A DNA stretch of 64,000 nt from Candidatus Woesearchaeota archaeon (GTDB lineage Archaea; Nanobdellota; Nanobdellia; Woesearchaeales; JAZDKJ01): positions 224,001 to 288,000 of the forward strand of contig JAZDKJ010000006.1 of the NCBI GenBank assembly GCA_043803105.1, given 5' to 3'. Each line of letters opens with the position of its first letter. Position 1 is the first letter of the stretch. The translations under genes and the position numbers were made by a program. This document shows positions 45,775-55,733 of the stretch, piece by piece. The notes below the pieces were generated by a model that was given only the letters and a program-made list of their open reading frames with translations, searched no databases and was not told the DNA's origin.

Positions 45775-46098
45775 ATGGAAATGAAGGAGCTTCTCAAGTT
45801 TATAGACATCGAAGACAAGCGGCTTCACAAGCATTATGGTTATTCTGACAACGAAAAAAGAATTCTTGCAAGGAATGTCAAGCTTGCAGAGGAGGTTGGA
45901 GAGCTCAGCAATGAGGTTCTTGCCTCTCTTTCTTTTCAAAGGAAATCAAAGCTTGATAAAGCTGAGTCTGACAATCTTTCGGAAGAATTTGCTGACGTAA
46001 TTATTACCGCTCTTATTCTTGCCAAGGCAATGGATGTTGACATCAACAAGGCATTGGATGCTAAGGTTGAAAAGGTGAAGAAGAGGTCCCTTTCCTGA
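45775..46098 (+). CDS. MazG-like NTP pyrophosphohydrolase
   Basis: KLAEEVGEL..EEFADV. Confidence 0.85.
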   Translation: MEMKELLKFIDIEDKRLHKHYGYSDNEKRILARNVKLAEEVGELSNEVLASLSFQRKSKLDKAESDNLSEEFADVIITALILAKAMDVDINKALDAKVEKVKKRSLS

Positions 46099-46137
46099 AC
46101 AACAAGATTTATTAATCTACAGGCAATATTGCTTCTC

Positions 46138-47829
46138 ATGGACATTCAAAGCCTTATTCGAAAGCACGCCTTGCACAACGCCTCAAAATACCATGGCAAG
46201 GCAAACATTGGTGCTGTCATAGGCAAGGTGGTGCAGGAGGACCCTGCGCTTAAAGCAAGGATTGATGAGATAAAAAAACTTGCAGTTAAGGTTGTTGCTG
46301 ATGTTGGCATGCTCTCTGTTGAGCGCCAGCTGTTGGAGTTACAGGAGATTGCCCCTGAATTGCTCGAAAAGAAAGAGGAGAAAAAGCGTGAATTGCCCGA
46401 GCTTACCAACGCTGTTCCTGGCAAGGTTGTGATGCGAATTGCTCCTTATCCTTCAGGCCCTCTTCATATAGGCAATGCAAAGCCATTGATCCTAAATGAT
46501 GAGTATGTCAAGCGCTATAAAGGTAGGCTTATCCTTGCTATTGATGATACTATTGGCTCTGATGAGAAGAATGTTGAGCCTGATGCTTACAATCTTATCC
46601 CTGAAGGGTGTGATTGGCTTAATGTCGTTTTTTCCGAAACCATCTTCAAGTCAGACAGGCTTGAGCTTTACTACAAGCATGCTTCGGACTTGATAACAAA
46701 GGACGCTGCTTATGTCTGCTCTTGCGATTCTGATACCTTGCGAGCTAACCGCGAGAAATCTGTTGAGTGCTCGCATCGCAAAGCCTCTGTCTCCACTAAC
46801 GAAAAATTTTGGAATGACATGCTGTCAGGCAAATTGAAAGAAGGCTCTGCTGTCTTAAGGCTGAAGACTGATATGCAGCACAAGAATCCTGCCTTCCGTG
46901 ATAGGGTGCTTTTGCGAATCTCTGACAAATCCCATCCCAGGGTTGGCACAAAGTTTCATGTCTGGCCTTTGCTTGAATTTTCCTGGGCTATTGATGACCA
47001 TCTGCTTGGCATGACCCATATCCTAAGAGGCAAGGACCTTATGATGGAGTCAGAGATGGAGCGCTTTATCTGGGATATTTTCCACTGGCCTCATCCTGAG
47101 ATTATTCATGCCGGGCTCGTTACTATCGCCGGAGTCAAAATCAGTAAGTCAAAATCGGCAAAAGAGGTGAAGAGCGGAGCTTATTCTGGCTGGGATGATC
47201 CCCGCACCTGGAGCCTTCAGTCCCTCAAGAGAAGAGGCATTTTTCCAGAGGCCTTAAGATCATTTTTGCTTGAGACAGGCATTGGTGAGGGAGAGACAAC
47301 TGTCCCTATTGACAACCTCTATTCAGAGAACCGGAAAATCCTAGACAAACTCGCTGACCGCTATTTTATGGTTGAAGACCCAGTGAAGATAGTGATTGAG
47401 AACGCACCCTCAGTTGAGATTCATTTGAAAAAGCATCCTGAATTTGCTGAAAGGGGTCTGCGTGTTTACAGGACTGATAAAGAGTTTTATATTCGCAAAA
47501 AGGATTTTGACGAGCTTGAGGATGGCTCTTTGTATCGCCTCATGGACTGTTTGAACTTCAAGAAAGTTAAGTCTAAGTTTGTTTTTGATTCTCTAGAGCA
47601 CTCGAAGTACAAGGATTCTGGCAAGAAGATAATGCATTATGTTCCTGCAAACCTGGATGTTGTCAAGGTTGAGGTATTGATGCCTGATGCCTCTGTTGTT
47701 AAGGGCATTGCAGAGCCAGAGGTCAAAAACCTTAAGGTTGGCTCGCAAGTGCAGTTTGAAAGGTTTGGGTTTGTCAGATTAGATTCAATAAAGGATGGAG
47801 TCTATCATTTCTGGTATACCCATCCGTAG
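46138..47829 (+). CDS. gltX: Glutamate--tRNA ligase, archaeal type
   Basis: RIAPYPSGPLHIGN, THILRGKD, ISKS, GWDDPR, QFERFGF. Confidence 0.95.
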   Translation: MDIQSLIRKHALHNASKYHGKANIGAVIGKVVQEDPALKARIDEIKKLAVKVVADVGMLSVERQLLELQEIAPELLEKKEEKKRELPELTNAVPGKVVMRIAPYPSGPLHIGNAKPLILNDEYVKRYKGRLILAIDDTIGSDEKNVEPDAYNLIPEGCDWLNVVFSETIFKSDRLELYYKHASDLITKDAAYVCSCDSDTLRANREKSVECSHRKASVSTNEKFWNDMLSGKLKEGSAVLRLKTDMQHKNPAFRDRVLLRISDKSHPRVGTKFHVWPLLEFSWAIDDHLLGMTHILRGKDLMMESEMERFIWDIFHWPHPEIIHAGLVTIAGVKISKSKSAKEVKSGAYSGWDDPRTWSLQSLKRRGIFPEALRSFLLETGIGEGETTVPIDNLYSENRKILDKLADRYFMVEDPVKIVIENAPSVEIHLKKHPEFAERGLRVYRTDKEFYIRKKDFDELEDGSLYRLMDCLNFKKVKSKFVFDSLEHSKYKDSGKKIMHYVPANLDVVKVEVLMPDASVVKGIAEPEVKNLKVGSQVQFERFGFVRLDSIKDGVYHFWYTHP

Positions 47830-47904
47830 CTCTGTTGCTTCATTCGTAAATTTGTCATTTTCTCTGACCAAAAATTTATAAAGCAATGAATCAGTGGTTG
47901 TTGC

Positions 47905-48000
47905 ATGAAGGATAAATACGTTAATCGTGTTCTTTACACTGTTATTTTGGTAATCATCATTCTCTTGCTGGTGTTCCTTATCAAGAGGTTGTACCTGTGA
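47905..48000 (+). CDS. 31-aa single-TM peptide (absent from ORF track)
   Basis: MKDKYVNRVLYTVILVIIILLLVFLIKRLYL; TTTATAAA upstream; GTGA-coupled to the next ORF. Confidence 0.55.
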   Translation: MKDKYVNRVLYTVILVIIILLLVFLIKRLYL

Positions 48001-48293
48001 AGACTAACTGGGACCTGGTTGTAAAATTGGCCTTGATTATTTTTGGCATTTTTTTGATTTATCAGATAGCCCGCTTGTTGTTGGGTGGCTCCTGGTCAAC
48101 AGAGGAGTTAATAGTTGCCCTTCTTGTATTGAGCCTTACTATGACTTTTCAACTGGCAAAAAAGGTTGAAAGTATGTCAGCAGACATGAGGAATTTCAAG
48201 AATTCTTTCAAGGCCTTAGCAACAGATTTTAAGTCTTTGAGTTTAAGCTACAACGACCATCTGGGTCAGTACAAGAAATCACCAAGGCAATAG
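47997..48293 (+). CDS. Two-TM protein with short coiled coil
   Basis: Hydropathy pattern. Confidence 0.65.
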   Translation: MKTNWDLVVKLALIIFGIFLIYQIARLLLGGSWSTEELIVALLVLSLTMTFQLAKKVESMSADMRNFKNSFKALATDFKSLSLSYNDHLGQYKKSPRQ

Positions 48294-48341
48294 AAACCTT
48301 TAAATAACTCGAAGAAAAGTTTTCCTGCGGGGTGATTGTTG

Positions 48342-48518
48342 ATGTCTTTGGTTGTCAAGGCTAAGATTAAGGAATACGCTAAGGTTGATGACAAGCTGCT
48401 CAATGTCTCTGGGGATTTTGCAGACAAGCTTAGCGAGCGTGTTGAGTCTATGATTAAGGATGCCTGCAAGCGTGCTAAGGATAATGGCAGAAGTACTGTG
48501 ATGGCAAAAGACCTTTAG
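48342..48518 (+). CDS. Histone-fold protein, alpha3-truncated type
   Basis: LVVKAKIKE..NVSGDF..RAKDNGRSTVMAKDL. Confidence 0.85.
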   Translation: MSLVVKAKIKEYAKVDDKLLNVSGDFADKLSERVESMIKDACKRAKDNGRSTVMAKDL

Positions 48519-48895
48519 CGCTTTTTTATCTTTGCTTCTAGTTCCTTTACTCTCTTGTCCCTTTTCTCGAGCGCTGTGAGGTATGATTCGATCCTCTTGT
48601 CCAGGGCAGTTATCGTTTTTAGAAGTTCCCTGCTGAAGCTGTCATGGTGGTAGTCATGCCTTACAACTGTGGCCTGCTTTTCGAGTGCAAGCTCAAGCTT
48701 TGCCTCAAGCTCTTTTAAGTCTTCTTTTATGCTCTCTGATTGCTTAGGTTTTGAGCATGATACCTTGATTTTTTGTATATGGTCAAGCAACTCTTGTTTT
48801 GTGCTCTCGCTGTCCTCTCTTTTCTTGTACGCTAAGGAAATGAAGCGCAGGAACCTTTGCACCTTGTACGCGTCAATCTCATATGCTGATAGCAT
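48515..48895 (-). CDS. Coiled-coil hypothetical protein
   Basis: Abuts the upstream gene; heptads. Confidence 0.65.
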   Translation of the reverse strand: MLSAYEIDAYKVQRFLRFISLAYKKREDSESTKQELLDHIQKIKVSCSKPKQSESIKEDLKELEAKLELALEKQATVVRHDYHHDSFSRELLKTITALDKRIESYLTALEKRDKRVKELEAKIKKR

Positions 48896-49474
48896 CTAGA
48901 ATCTCGGGAATTCTTTCCTTGGTTTTTGCGGTGGAGGGCTCGGGTTTGGCCCCATGCCTGGATTGAATGTAGGGTTCAACGGTGGCTCACTTGGTGCGTT
49001 GAACCTTGGCGCCGCAAACTGGGGCTCAGTCCTCTGGCCAAATTGAGGTTCAGGCCTTTGTCCAAATTGCGGAGGGCCAAAAGGGTCTGGCTGGCGCTGC
49101 ATCATTGGCGGTGGCGAAAGTGGCTCAGGTTGCCTGAATGGCTGGCTTGCTGGCTTTGGCTCTTCTCCCTTGATTAGGTCTGCCACTGATAGAATTCCCT
49201 CTCCTATCTTTTCGTTCTGGTCTAGCAGGATGTCGATTTTTGTTCCTAGCTCTTCCAGTTTTTTGTAAAGGTTCTGCTCCCCTTCCTCTGCCTTCATCTC
49301 GTGTGCTGCTTCCTTGAACAACACTATCATTTCAAGCATTGTTTTCTGCAGGTTTGCCATCATTATTGGCAGGTTTTTATCTGGACTTATTGAACCGTCC
49401 CTTAGCTTTTTCAGCTGTTCTTTCAGGTCCACTAATTCCTTTCTAGAAGTGAGCTGGTACTCTTCAGAATCCAT
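48896..49474 (-). CDS. Coiled-coil protein with Pro/Gln-rich disordered tail
   Basis: PQFGQR repeats; GAGG SD. Confidence 0.7.
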   Translation of the reverse strand: MDSEEYQLTSRKELVDLKEQLKKLRDGSISPDKNLPIMMANLQKTMLEMIVLFKEAAHEMKAEEGEQNLYKKLEELGTKIDILLDQNEKIGEGILSVADLIKGEEPKPASQPFRQPEPLSPPPMMQRQPDPFGPPQFGQRPEPQFGQRTEPQFAAPRFNAPSEPPLNPTFNPGMGPNPSPPPQKPRKEFPRF

Positions 49475-49567
49475 TCTTCAACCTCTTTTTAATTTACCAG
49501 CTTTCCGGGTTAAACTTACTTTATAAATGTTTCGCTGCCCTGAACTTTGCAATCCTAATATGGTTGC

Positions 49568-50365
49568 TCAGAACATCTCGTCAAATGCTGAATTGATTTT
49601 GCCTGCAAAATAATCGTACAGGATTTTTTCCTCTTCAGAAATCTGCTCTCTTTCGTAAACAAGTCCTGATTCTCTATTCTTAAAGCCTACCACTGCCCGG
49701 TCCAAAAGCTTGTTGTATGTTTTTCTCTCTCCCTCAGCAATGAACAGCGGCGGGTAATTATTTTTGACGAGCATTAGGTTACTCATGAGCCTAGCTGTCC
49801 TGCCGTTCCCGTCTTCAAACGGATGGATTCTTACCATATGCAGGTGCACCCATGAAGAAATGTCAAGAATGCTTTCGCTGCTTTCTTTAGCCCATTGTTC
49901 TTGCAAACTGTTCATATTCTCGAAGAACTTTTTCATTTCGTGAGGGATCTTTGCAGGGTACGGTGGTGTAACCGAGGCATCTCGTCCAGGCCTTACACCC
50001 AAGGTTAACCTTCGGTAGTCTGCTTTGCTGTCATTGAATATTTCCGGTTCAACTCTTGATGCCACTTCAAGTACACAATTCTCGTCAAATGGGAACCTGT
50101 AATGGTCAACGCCATAATTCCAAGCCCTGGTTAGGTCTGCCAAGGTTTTTCCCAGGTTTTCTTCAACATATTTTTGTTGTTCTTTTGGAGAAAGGTCTTT
50201 CAATTGTTCCATCGCAGATTCAGCGATTCTCGCAGAATGTTGAAGGCTCTCCCTATAGTTTCTGGTGTCAAACCTTCCTGTGAGCATTGCCTCTAATACA
50301 GGTCTTTGTGACAGTGTTTTGCGCTTACTGGCTATCTCTTCCAAAAGCTGCTTGTCAGTATACAT
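49568..50365 (-). CDS. Fic family protein
   Basis: HPFEDGNGRTAR canonical motif. Confidence 0.9.
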   Translation of the reverse strand: MYTDKQLLEEIASKRKTLSQRPVLEAMLTGRFDTRNYRESLQHSARIAESAMEQLKDLSPKEQQKYVEENLGKTLADLTRAWNYGVDHYRFPFDENCVLEVASRVEPEIFNDSKADYRRLTLGVRPGRDASVTPPYPAKIPHEMKKFFENMNSLQEQWAKESSESILDISSWVHLHMVRIHPFEDGNGRTARLMSNLMLVKNNYPPLFIAEGERKTYNKLLDRAVVGFKNRESGLVYEREQISEEEKILYDYFAGKINSAFDEMF

Positions 50366-50441
50366 AATAGAAAATCAGAATTATCAAGTATATAAACTTT
50401 TCTATTTTTACTACTTAAAAATAACAACAAAAATAAAAAAA

Positions 50442-52070
50442 TCAGTATTCAGGCATTCCGCCTCCCATTCCCCCTGGTGGCATTGCTGGCGTCTTTGAGC
50501 CCCCTGCAATGACATCATCTATCCTTAGTATCATCTGCGCTACTTCAGAGCTTGAGCTTACTGCCTGTGTTTTTATCTTCAGGGGTTCTATCACTCCCCT
50601 CTTCCAGGCATCGACTACTTTGCCTGTGAAGACATCTATGCCTGCCCACTTCATTCCCTTGTCATGGGCTGCTTTTAACTCTGTTAGCACGTCTATTGGG
50701 TCAAGCCCTGCGTTCTCTGCAAGCGTTCTTGGGATTATCTCTATTGCGTTGGCAAAAGCCTGGACAGCCAATTGTTCCCTTCCTGATAATGAGTTTGCGA
50801 ACTTTTGCAGTCCCCTTGCTAGCTCTATCTCTACTGCTCCTGCCCCCGCAACAACTTTTCCAACCTTCAAGGCAGCATTAATGTCTCCTATTGCATCTTC
50901 CATTGCTCTTTTGACTTCGTCTATTACATGCTCTGTTCCGCCCCTTATGAGTATTGTGACTGATTTCGGGTTTTTGCAGTCCTTTACATAGGTCAGTTCC
51001 TCATCGCCAATCTTTTGCTCTTCTACTACTCCTGCAAATCCCAGGTCGTCTTTGCCCAGGTCATCAAGGTTTGTAACGATTTTTGCGCCTGTTGCCCTTG
51101 CCAGTGCTTCCATATCTGACTTTTTGACTCTTCTGGCAGCAAAGATTCCGCCCTTTGCCAAAAAGTGCTGTGCCATGTCATCAATCCCTTTCTGGCAGAA
51201 TACTGCGTTTGCACCGCTTGCAACTATCTTGTTTACCATGTTCCTGAGCATCTTTTCTTCCTGCTCCATGAACGCCTGCAGTTGCGATGGGTCGCTTATC
51301 TGGATTTTTGTCTCTATCTCTGTGTTCTTTATTTCCACTGCAGAATCAATTAGTGCAATCTTCGCGTTCTTTATGTGCCTTGGCATTCCCGGGTGCACTC
51401 TTTCCTTGTCTATCACTATTCCCTGGACAAGCTCTGATTGGTCAACTGAGGCCCCTACCTTTTTCTCAAGCTTTATGTCTTCCTTGTTGATGTAGACCTT
51501 GCCGTTCTCTACCTCTGCTACTTGCCTTATTGCCTGTACTGCAATGTCGCCAAGTATTTCCTTTGATGCCTCTGCTCCCTTGCCAGTCATTGCGGTTAAT
51601 GCAATCTTCTTCAATAGGTCAACATCTTTGATTGTGATTGGCTCTGCCATCTTTTCCAGTATTTCCTGCGCTTTTTCTGCCGCCATCCTGTAGCCCTTTG
51701 CAAGTATTGTTGGATGAACTTCCTGGTCTAGCAAAGCCTCTGCGTTTTTCAATAGCTCTCCTGCAAGTACCACCGCAGTTGTTGTCCCGTCTCCCACTTC
51801 GTTCTCCTGCGTCTTTGCTACCTCAACTATCATCTTTGCGCTTGGGTGCTCAATGTTCATTTCCTCAAGGATCGTTACTCCGTCGTTTGTGATTGTCACG
51901 TCTCCCATAGAGTCGACTATCATCTTGTCCATTCCCTTTGGCCCAAGTGTGGTCCTTACCGTTTCCGCAACTAGCTTTGCTGCTGCAATGTTGGTTCTCT
52001 GAGCATTCTTCCCTGTTGTCCTTTGTGTGCCTTCCGGCAGAATAAATATTGGCTGGAACTGTTGTGTCAT
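50442..52070 (-). CDS. ths: Thermosome (group II chaperonin) subunit
   Basis: [27 protein letters not shown] tail. Confidence 0.97.
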   Translation of the reverse strand: MTQQFQPIFILPEGTQRTTGKNAQRTNIAAAKLVAETVRTTLGPKGMDKMIVDSMGDVTITNDGVTILEEMNIEHPSAKMIVEVAKTQENEVGDGTTTAVVLAGELLKNAEALLDQEVHPTILAKGYRMAAEKAQEILEKMAEPITIKDVDLLKKIALTAMTGKGAEASKEILGDIAVQAIRQVAEVENGKVYINKEDIKLEKKVGASVDQSELVQGIVIDKERVHPGMPRHIKNAKIALIDSAVEIKNTEIETKIQISDPSQLQAFMEQEEKMLRNMVNKIVASGANAVFCQKGIDDMAQHFLAKGGIFAARRVKKSDMEALARATGAKIVTNLDDLGKDDLGFAGVVEEQKIGDEELTYVKDCKNPKSVTILIRGGTEHVIDEVKRAMEDAIGDINAALKVGKVVAGAGAVEIELARGLQKFANSLSGREQLAVQAFANAIEIIPRTLAENAGLDPIDVLTELKAAHDKGMKWAGIDVFTGKVVDAWKRGVIEPLKIKTQAVSSSSEVAQMILRIDDVIAGGSKTPAMPPGGMGGGMPEY

Positions 52071-52211
52071 ATTCTCCCCCTCCAAATTATTTTAAAATTA
52101 GTGGAAAACATAAATAACTGGTTATATTTAAATATGATGGTTTCTTGAGCTGTTAAGTAAACGTCACCTATTTAGAAAGAATTATATATAAATCTCCTTA
52201 AATCAATCTGA

Positions 52212-52808
52212 ATGGATATACCAGAACCTTTTCTTTCGATTATCAAAAAACATTACAGTGCTTATGCTTTAGTAACCAGCGATGAACTCAGTAAATTTTT
52301 CAATGGTTGTTTTAAAGAATTAATTAAAACATTGAATATTACCGATTATCAGGCACGAGCGGCAAAAACCGGTAAGATTTTTGAATATGCTTTTTATTAT
52401 CTAGTGCGACAAAAATTTGGTTTTAATTTGGCTAATGATGTTAGTTTGCGTAAAGCGTGTATGTGTGATGGTGGAGAATTGGATTTTGCAGTATTTAAGA
52501 AGGAAAAGCCCATTGCTGAAGCCAATTTAGTATGTGGAATTGAAGCCAAAGGGTCTGACCCTGATAGTTCTGAAAGACCTGCACTAAAGCGAACAGACAC
52601 CATGAAAAAAGCAATATCACAAGCATACCAATTCAAGAGGGTATACCCAAAGCTTCCTTTTTTTGTGGTATCAAATGTTTTGCCTGATTCTGGAAATTCA
52701 CTATGTATGATGAAACTTGCAGAGGGGGATATTGTTGACGAATTTATTGATGTAACAGATATAAAACAATTACAGAAATTTGTGGATACTATCAAAGCTT
52801 ATCAGTAA
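52212..52808 (+). CDS. Putative type II restriction endonuclease (PD-(D/E)xK)
   Basis: GKIFE..ELDF..IEAKG; convergent overlap with the MTase. Confidence 0.75.
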   Translation: MDIPEPFLSIIKKHYSAYALVTSDELSKFFNGCFKELIKTLNITDYQARAAKTGKIFEYAFYYLVRQKFGFNLANDVSLRKACMCDGGELDFAVFKKEKPIAEANLVCGIEAKGSDPDSSERPALKRTDTMKKAISQAYQFKRVYPKLPFFVVSNVLPDSGNSLCMMKLAEGDIVDEFIDVTDIKQLQKFVDTIKAYQ

Positions 52809-53748
52809 GTTTCTTTTGAGACCTTAATTCATTTATTCTGTTTTCAGCGAGTTTGCAATACTCTTGGTTATTATCATAACCCACAAATTTTCTTTTTGTT
52901 TTCAGAGCAGCTAAAGCTGTTTGTCCGCTTCCTATAAAAGGGTCTAATACAACATCGCCCTCAAATGTGTAGAATTCTATTAGTCTTCTCGGTAATTCTT
53001 CTGGAAATGGTGCAGGGTGACCTATACTTCTTGCACTAACAGCGTTAAAATTCCATATACTCTTTGTGAATTGCATGAATTCGTCTCTTGAGATAGTGTC
53101 CTTTCCTTTGAGGTCTCTGGAAAAGTTGCCTTTTGAAAATACAAGAATATACTCGTGAACATCTCTTAAGATTGGATTCTTAGCACTTTTCCAACTACCC
53201 CAAGCAGTACTTGTTCCAGCACTTGAAGCCTTGTCCCAAATAATTTCTCCTCGCATGAGAAACCCAAGCTCTGACATAATCTCAATTATGTGTGAATGTA
53301 AAGGGATATAGGGTTTCCTTCCAACGTTAGCTATGTTTATGCAAGCTCTACCGCCATTGACGAGCACTCGATGTGTTTCCTTCATGACATTTCTTAATAG
53401 TGCTTTGTACTCGTTTAATGTCAGGTCTTGGTCGTATTCTTTACCCACATTGTATGGTGGAGAAGTAACCATAAGATGTACAGAATTATCTGGTAGTTCA
53501 GTCATGGCTTCTGCGGACTTACAATAAACATGATTTAACTTTTCAAGCGGTATAGTTTGCTCCGGACTTCCTGCCAGGTTCTCTTTATTGCCATTTTCGT
53601 TATACAGTCTTGAATTGTAAAATCTTGAAGAGTCATGGTTTAGTCTTGAAGTGCTTCCAAAACTACTGGTAGAAGTGCCATTTTTTGTCTTTGTGTCCAT
53701 TTGTAGGCTTTTTGACTTCTTCTTCTTTTTATTAATTGTTCGTTTCAT
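52792..53748 (-). CDS. N4/N6 DNA methyltransferase, beta class
   Basis: TSPPY precedes HPAPFP and DPFIGSG. Confidence 0.92.
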   Translation of the reverse strand: MKRTINKKKKKSKSLQMDTKTKNGTSTSSFGSTSRLNHDSSRFYNSRLYNENGNKENLAGSPEQTIPLEKLNHVYCKSAEAMTELPDNSVHLMVTSPPYNVGKEYDQDLTLNEYKALLRNVMKETHRVLVNGGRACINIANVGRKPYIPLHSHIIEIMSELGFLMRGEIIWDKASSAGTSTAWGSWKSAKNPILRDVHEYILVFSKGNFSRDLKGKDTISRDEFMQFTKSIWNFNAVSARSIGHPAPFPEELPRRLIEFYTFEGDVVLDPFIGSGQTALAALKTKRKFVGYDNNQEYCKLAENRINELRSQKKLTDKL

Positions 53749-53942
53749 TTTTCGGAAATATTATGCTCTTTATCGGAAGATTTATTTTTTTCAATTAACA
53801 GCTTGTTTCCTTTGACTTCTGCTTTTAGTTCGTCGCCTTCTTTCCAAACTAACTGTTCTATATGTTCTGTTTTGAGGACAATGACCCATTTGGCGTATTC
53901 TTTGTTGCCGTATTTCCGAGAAATGTGCTTTTGCAGATGCAT
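53745..53942 (-). CDS. AbrB/MazE-like DNA-binding protein
   Basis: IEQLVWKEGDELKAEVKGNKLLI; coupled to the MTase gene. Confidence 0.75.
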   Translation of the reverse strand: MHLQKHISRKYGNKEYAKWVIVLKTEHIEQLVWKEGDELKAEVKGNKLLIEKNKSSDKEHNISEK

Positions 53943-53950
53943 TGATGGAT

Positions 53951-54050
53951 TAGGTACCTACTTGTTTATAAGCTTTTTGGTACCTAAAACTATATATTCT
54001 GATTTTCATTTTTAGGTACCTAAATATTTATATAGTTGTTTAGGTACCTA
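53951..54050. promoter_or_regulatory. Four TAGGTACCTA palindromic operators in a divergent promoter
   Basis: Copies at 53951, 53977 (1 mismatch), 54013 and 54041, flanking TATA-like boxes. Confidence 0.8.
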
Positions 54051-54057
54051 ATATGTT

Positions 54058-54951
54058 ATGGAACAAAAAATAAAATGCATCCACTGCCACGCAACAGCCT
54101 ACAAAAAGAAGGGATTTAGGACCACTCAAAATAGGGGTAAAATCCAGAAGTTTCAATGTCTATCTTGCCACAAGTTTTTTACAAATGATGAAGGGTTTTA
54201 TAGGATGAAAAATGACGAGAATAAGATTACCCAGGCAATAGACCTTTATTTCTCTACTCTCTCAAGCAGGAAGGTAAGAAACCACTTTAGAAGGCACCTA
54301 GACCACAACGCAAGCCACGTAACAGTCTTAGACTGGTGCAGAAGATACGTTCTCAAAGTATCAAAGTATGTAGATACCCTCAAGCCAGAATTGTCAGGAG
54401 AATTTTATGCTGACGAAACAGACATTGACCGAAGCAGAAAGGACAACAGAAAGGATGTTTTTTGGTGTAATGTCGATTGGCAGACAAGGTTCATCAATGC
54501 CACTTTATACAGCCCGAAAGAACCGGACGTTCAGGATGCTGAAACCTTCCTAAGAAAAGTTGTTAGGAACGGATTGCCAAAATACATTCAGACTGACGCA
54601 GCTACTTTTTACCCAAAGGCTTTCAAGAAACTGTTTTGGTCAAACCAGATAACAGGGAAAGGATGGTATGATAAGCTGACAGTTGACCACAAGGTTGTGA
54701 ATACCAAAAGGACAGGGAGATACAATGTCAGAATCGAAACAGTATTCTCAAAGATTAAGGATAGAGTTGATGACTTCCGAGGACTAAAAAGTCTATGGTC
54801 AGCACCAATCCTGATGCAAGGAATAATCCTACAACACAACTACATCGAGGCTCACACAACAACAGGACAAGTACCTTGTGAACTGGCAAATCTAAAATTG
54901 GAAGTGGGACAGAATAGGTGGCTGGGAATGATTAAGATAGCCACTTTCTAA
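54058..54951 (+). CDS. IS6/IS240-like DDE transposase with N-terminal Zn ribbon
   Basis: CxxC..CxxC, HTH, ADET, QTD, NVRIE..FRGLKS. Confidence 0.88.
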   Translation: MEQKIKCIHCHATAYKKKGFRTTQNRGKIQKFQCLSCHKFFTNDEGFYRMKNDENKITQAIDLYFSTLSSRKVRNHFRRHLDHNASHVTVLDWCRRYVLKVSKYVDTLKPELSGEFYADETDIDRSRKDNRKDVFWCNVDWQTRFINATLYSPKEPDVQDAETFLRKVVRNGLPKYIQTDAATFYPKAFKKLFWSNQITGKGWYDKLTVDHKVVNTKRTGRYNVRIETVFSKIKDRVDDFRGLKSLWSAPILMQGIILQHNYIEAHTTTGQVPCELANLKLEVGQNRWLGMIKIATF

Positions 54952-55256
54952 TCAATTATATTTTCCGATTTTAAAACTTTCTTTACTTCTGAACCTGTTG
55001 TGAAAAGTAACGCGAGCAAGGCACCATATCCGAGCAGCAAAGGAATAGCAATGAAAACAATGATAAATATGATTTTGCTTAGGAAAAAAATTATGCCTTT
55101 GTTGTCTATATCATACTGAATGTAAGCAATTGAATAAGCTATTATTGAAGCAAAAACAAACAAAGTAATGTTGGTACATTGGTCCCAGAGCCGATTATAT
55201 TTTGTATTAAGTTTGTCATATTTAAGCTGAAACCTACAATCTTGGCTTAAACATTG
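54948..55256 (-). CDS. Two-TM hypothetical passenger protein; start uncertain
   Basis: Hydrophobic segments; the upstream part of the tracked ORF overlaps the next gene. Confidence 0.45.
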   Translation of the reverse strand, partial: QCLSQDCRFQLKYDKLNTKYNRLWDQCTNITLFVFASIIAYSIAYIQYDIDNKGIIFFLSKIIFIIVFIAIPLLLGYGALLALLFTTGSEVKKVLKSENIID

Positions 55257-55257
55257 A

Positions 55258-55482
55258 TTATTTGCCTTCGATTTCATATTTAACAAAACTCCACTTATCC
55301 CTAGCCCACAAATATATGTAGACCACGATTGCAATTAAGTAGACAGCAAAGAAAAGAAGCACAAAGCCAGACAATAAACCACGTATATAGGCATATGGAA
55401 CAATTAAAATAGCTATCACTATTGAATAAACCAAAGCAAAATTGGAAATCAATTCCCACCTAAATTTTCTTTCTTCAGCCAT
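55258..55482 (-). CDS. Small two-TM passenger protein
   Basis: Hydropathy; coupled to the upstream gene. Confidence 0.6.
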   Translation of the reverse strand: MAEERKFRWELISNFALVYSIVIAILIVPYAYIRGLLSGFVLLFFAVYLIAIVVYIYLWARDKWSFVKYEIEGK

Positions 55483-55733
55483 TATTTACACTCTGTGCTC
55501 AAGTTAAATCCATTTGAGTAGGCATCTTGCAAAGACTTGAATATTACTATGTTTTCTTTGTTAACCTTAGAGAAAAGTTGTGGACATTTTTGGTAGTCAT
55601 AGTATATATGCGTGCTCGAATCTCCTACCCAAAAAGGACCAGCATTGAAATAGGCTGTAACTCCTATTCCAAGGGTGGTTAAGATAATAAGAATTATTGC
55701 ACCCGTTTCTATAAGCTGTCCTCTTTTATTCAT
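55482..55733 (-). CDS. Class III (type IV pilin-like) signal peptide protein with Ada-like metal-binding domain
   Basis: MNKRG/QLIET plus TM; VGDSSTHIYY..C..F.S..DA..GF..C. Confidence 0.65.
   Translation of the reverse strand: MNKRGQLIETGAIILIILTTLGIGVTAYFNAGPFWVGDSSTHIYYDYQKCPQLFSKVNKENIVIFKSLQDAYSNGFNLSTECK

Noticed and set aside
525-52015. Long antisense ORFs such as 525..1307, 19532..20233, 31469..32155, 33997..34671, 38947..39615 and 50509..50991
   Set aside because: Shadows of well-supported genes on the opposite strand or in another frame; no motifs
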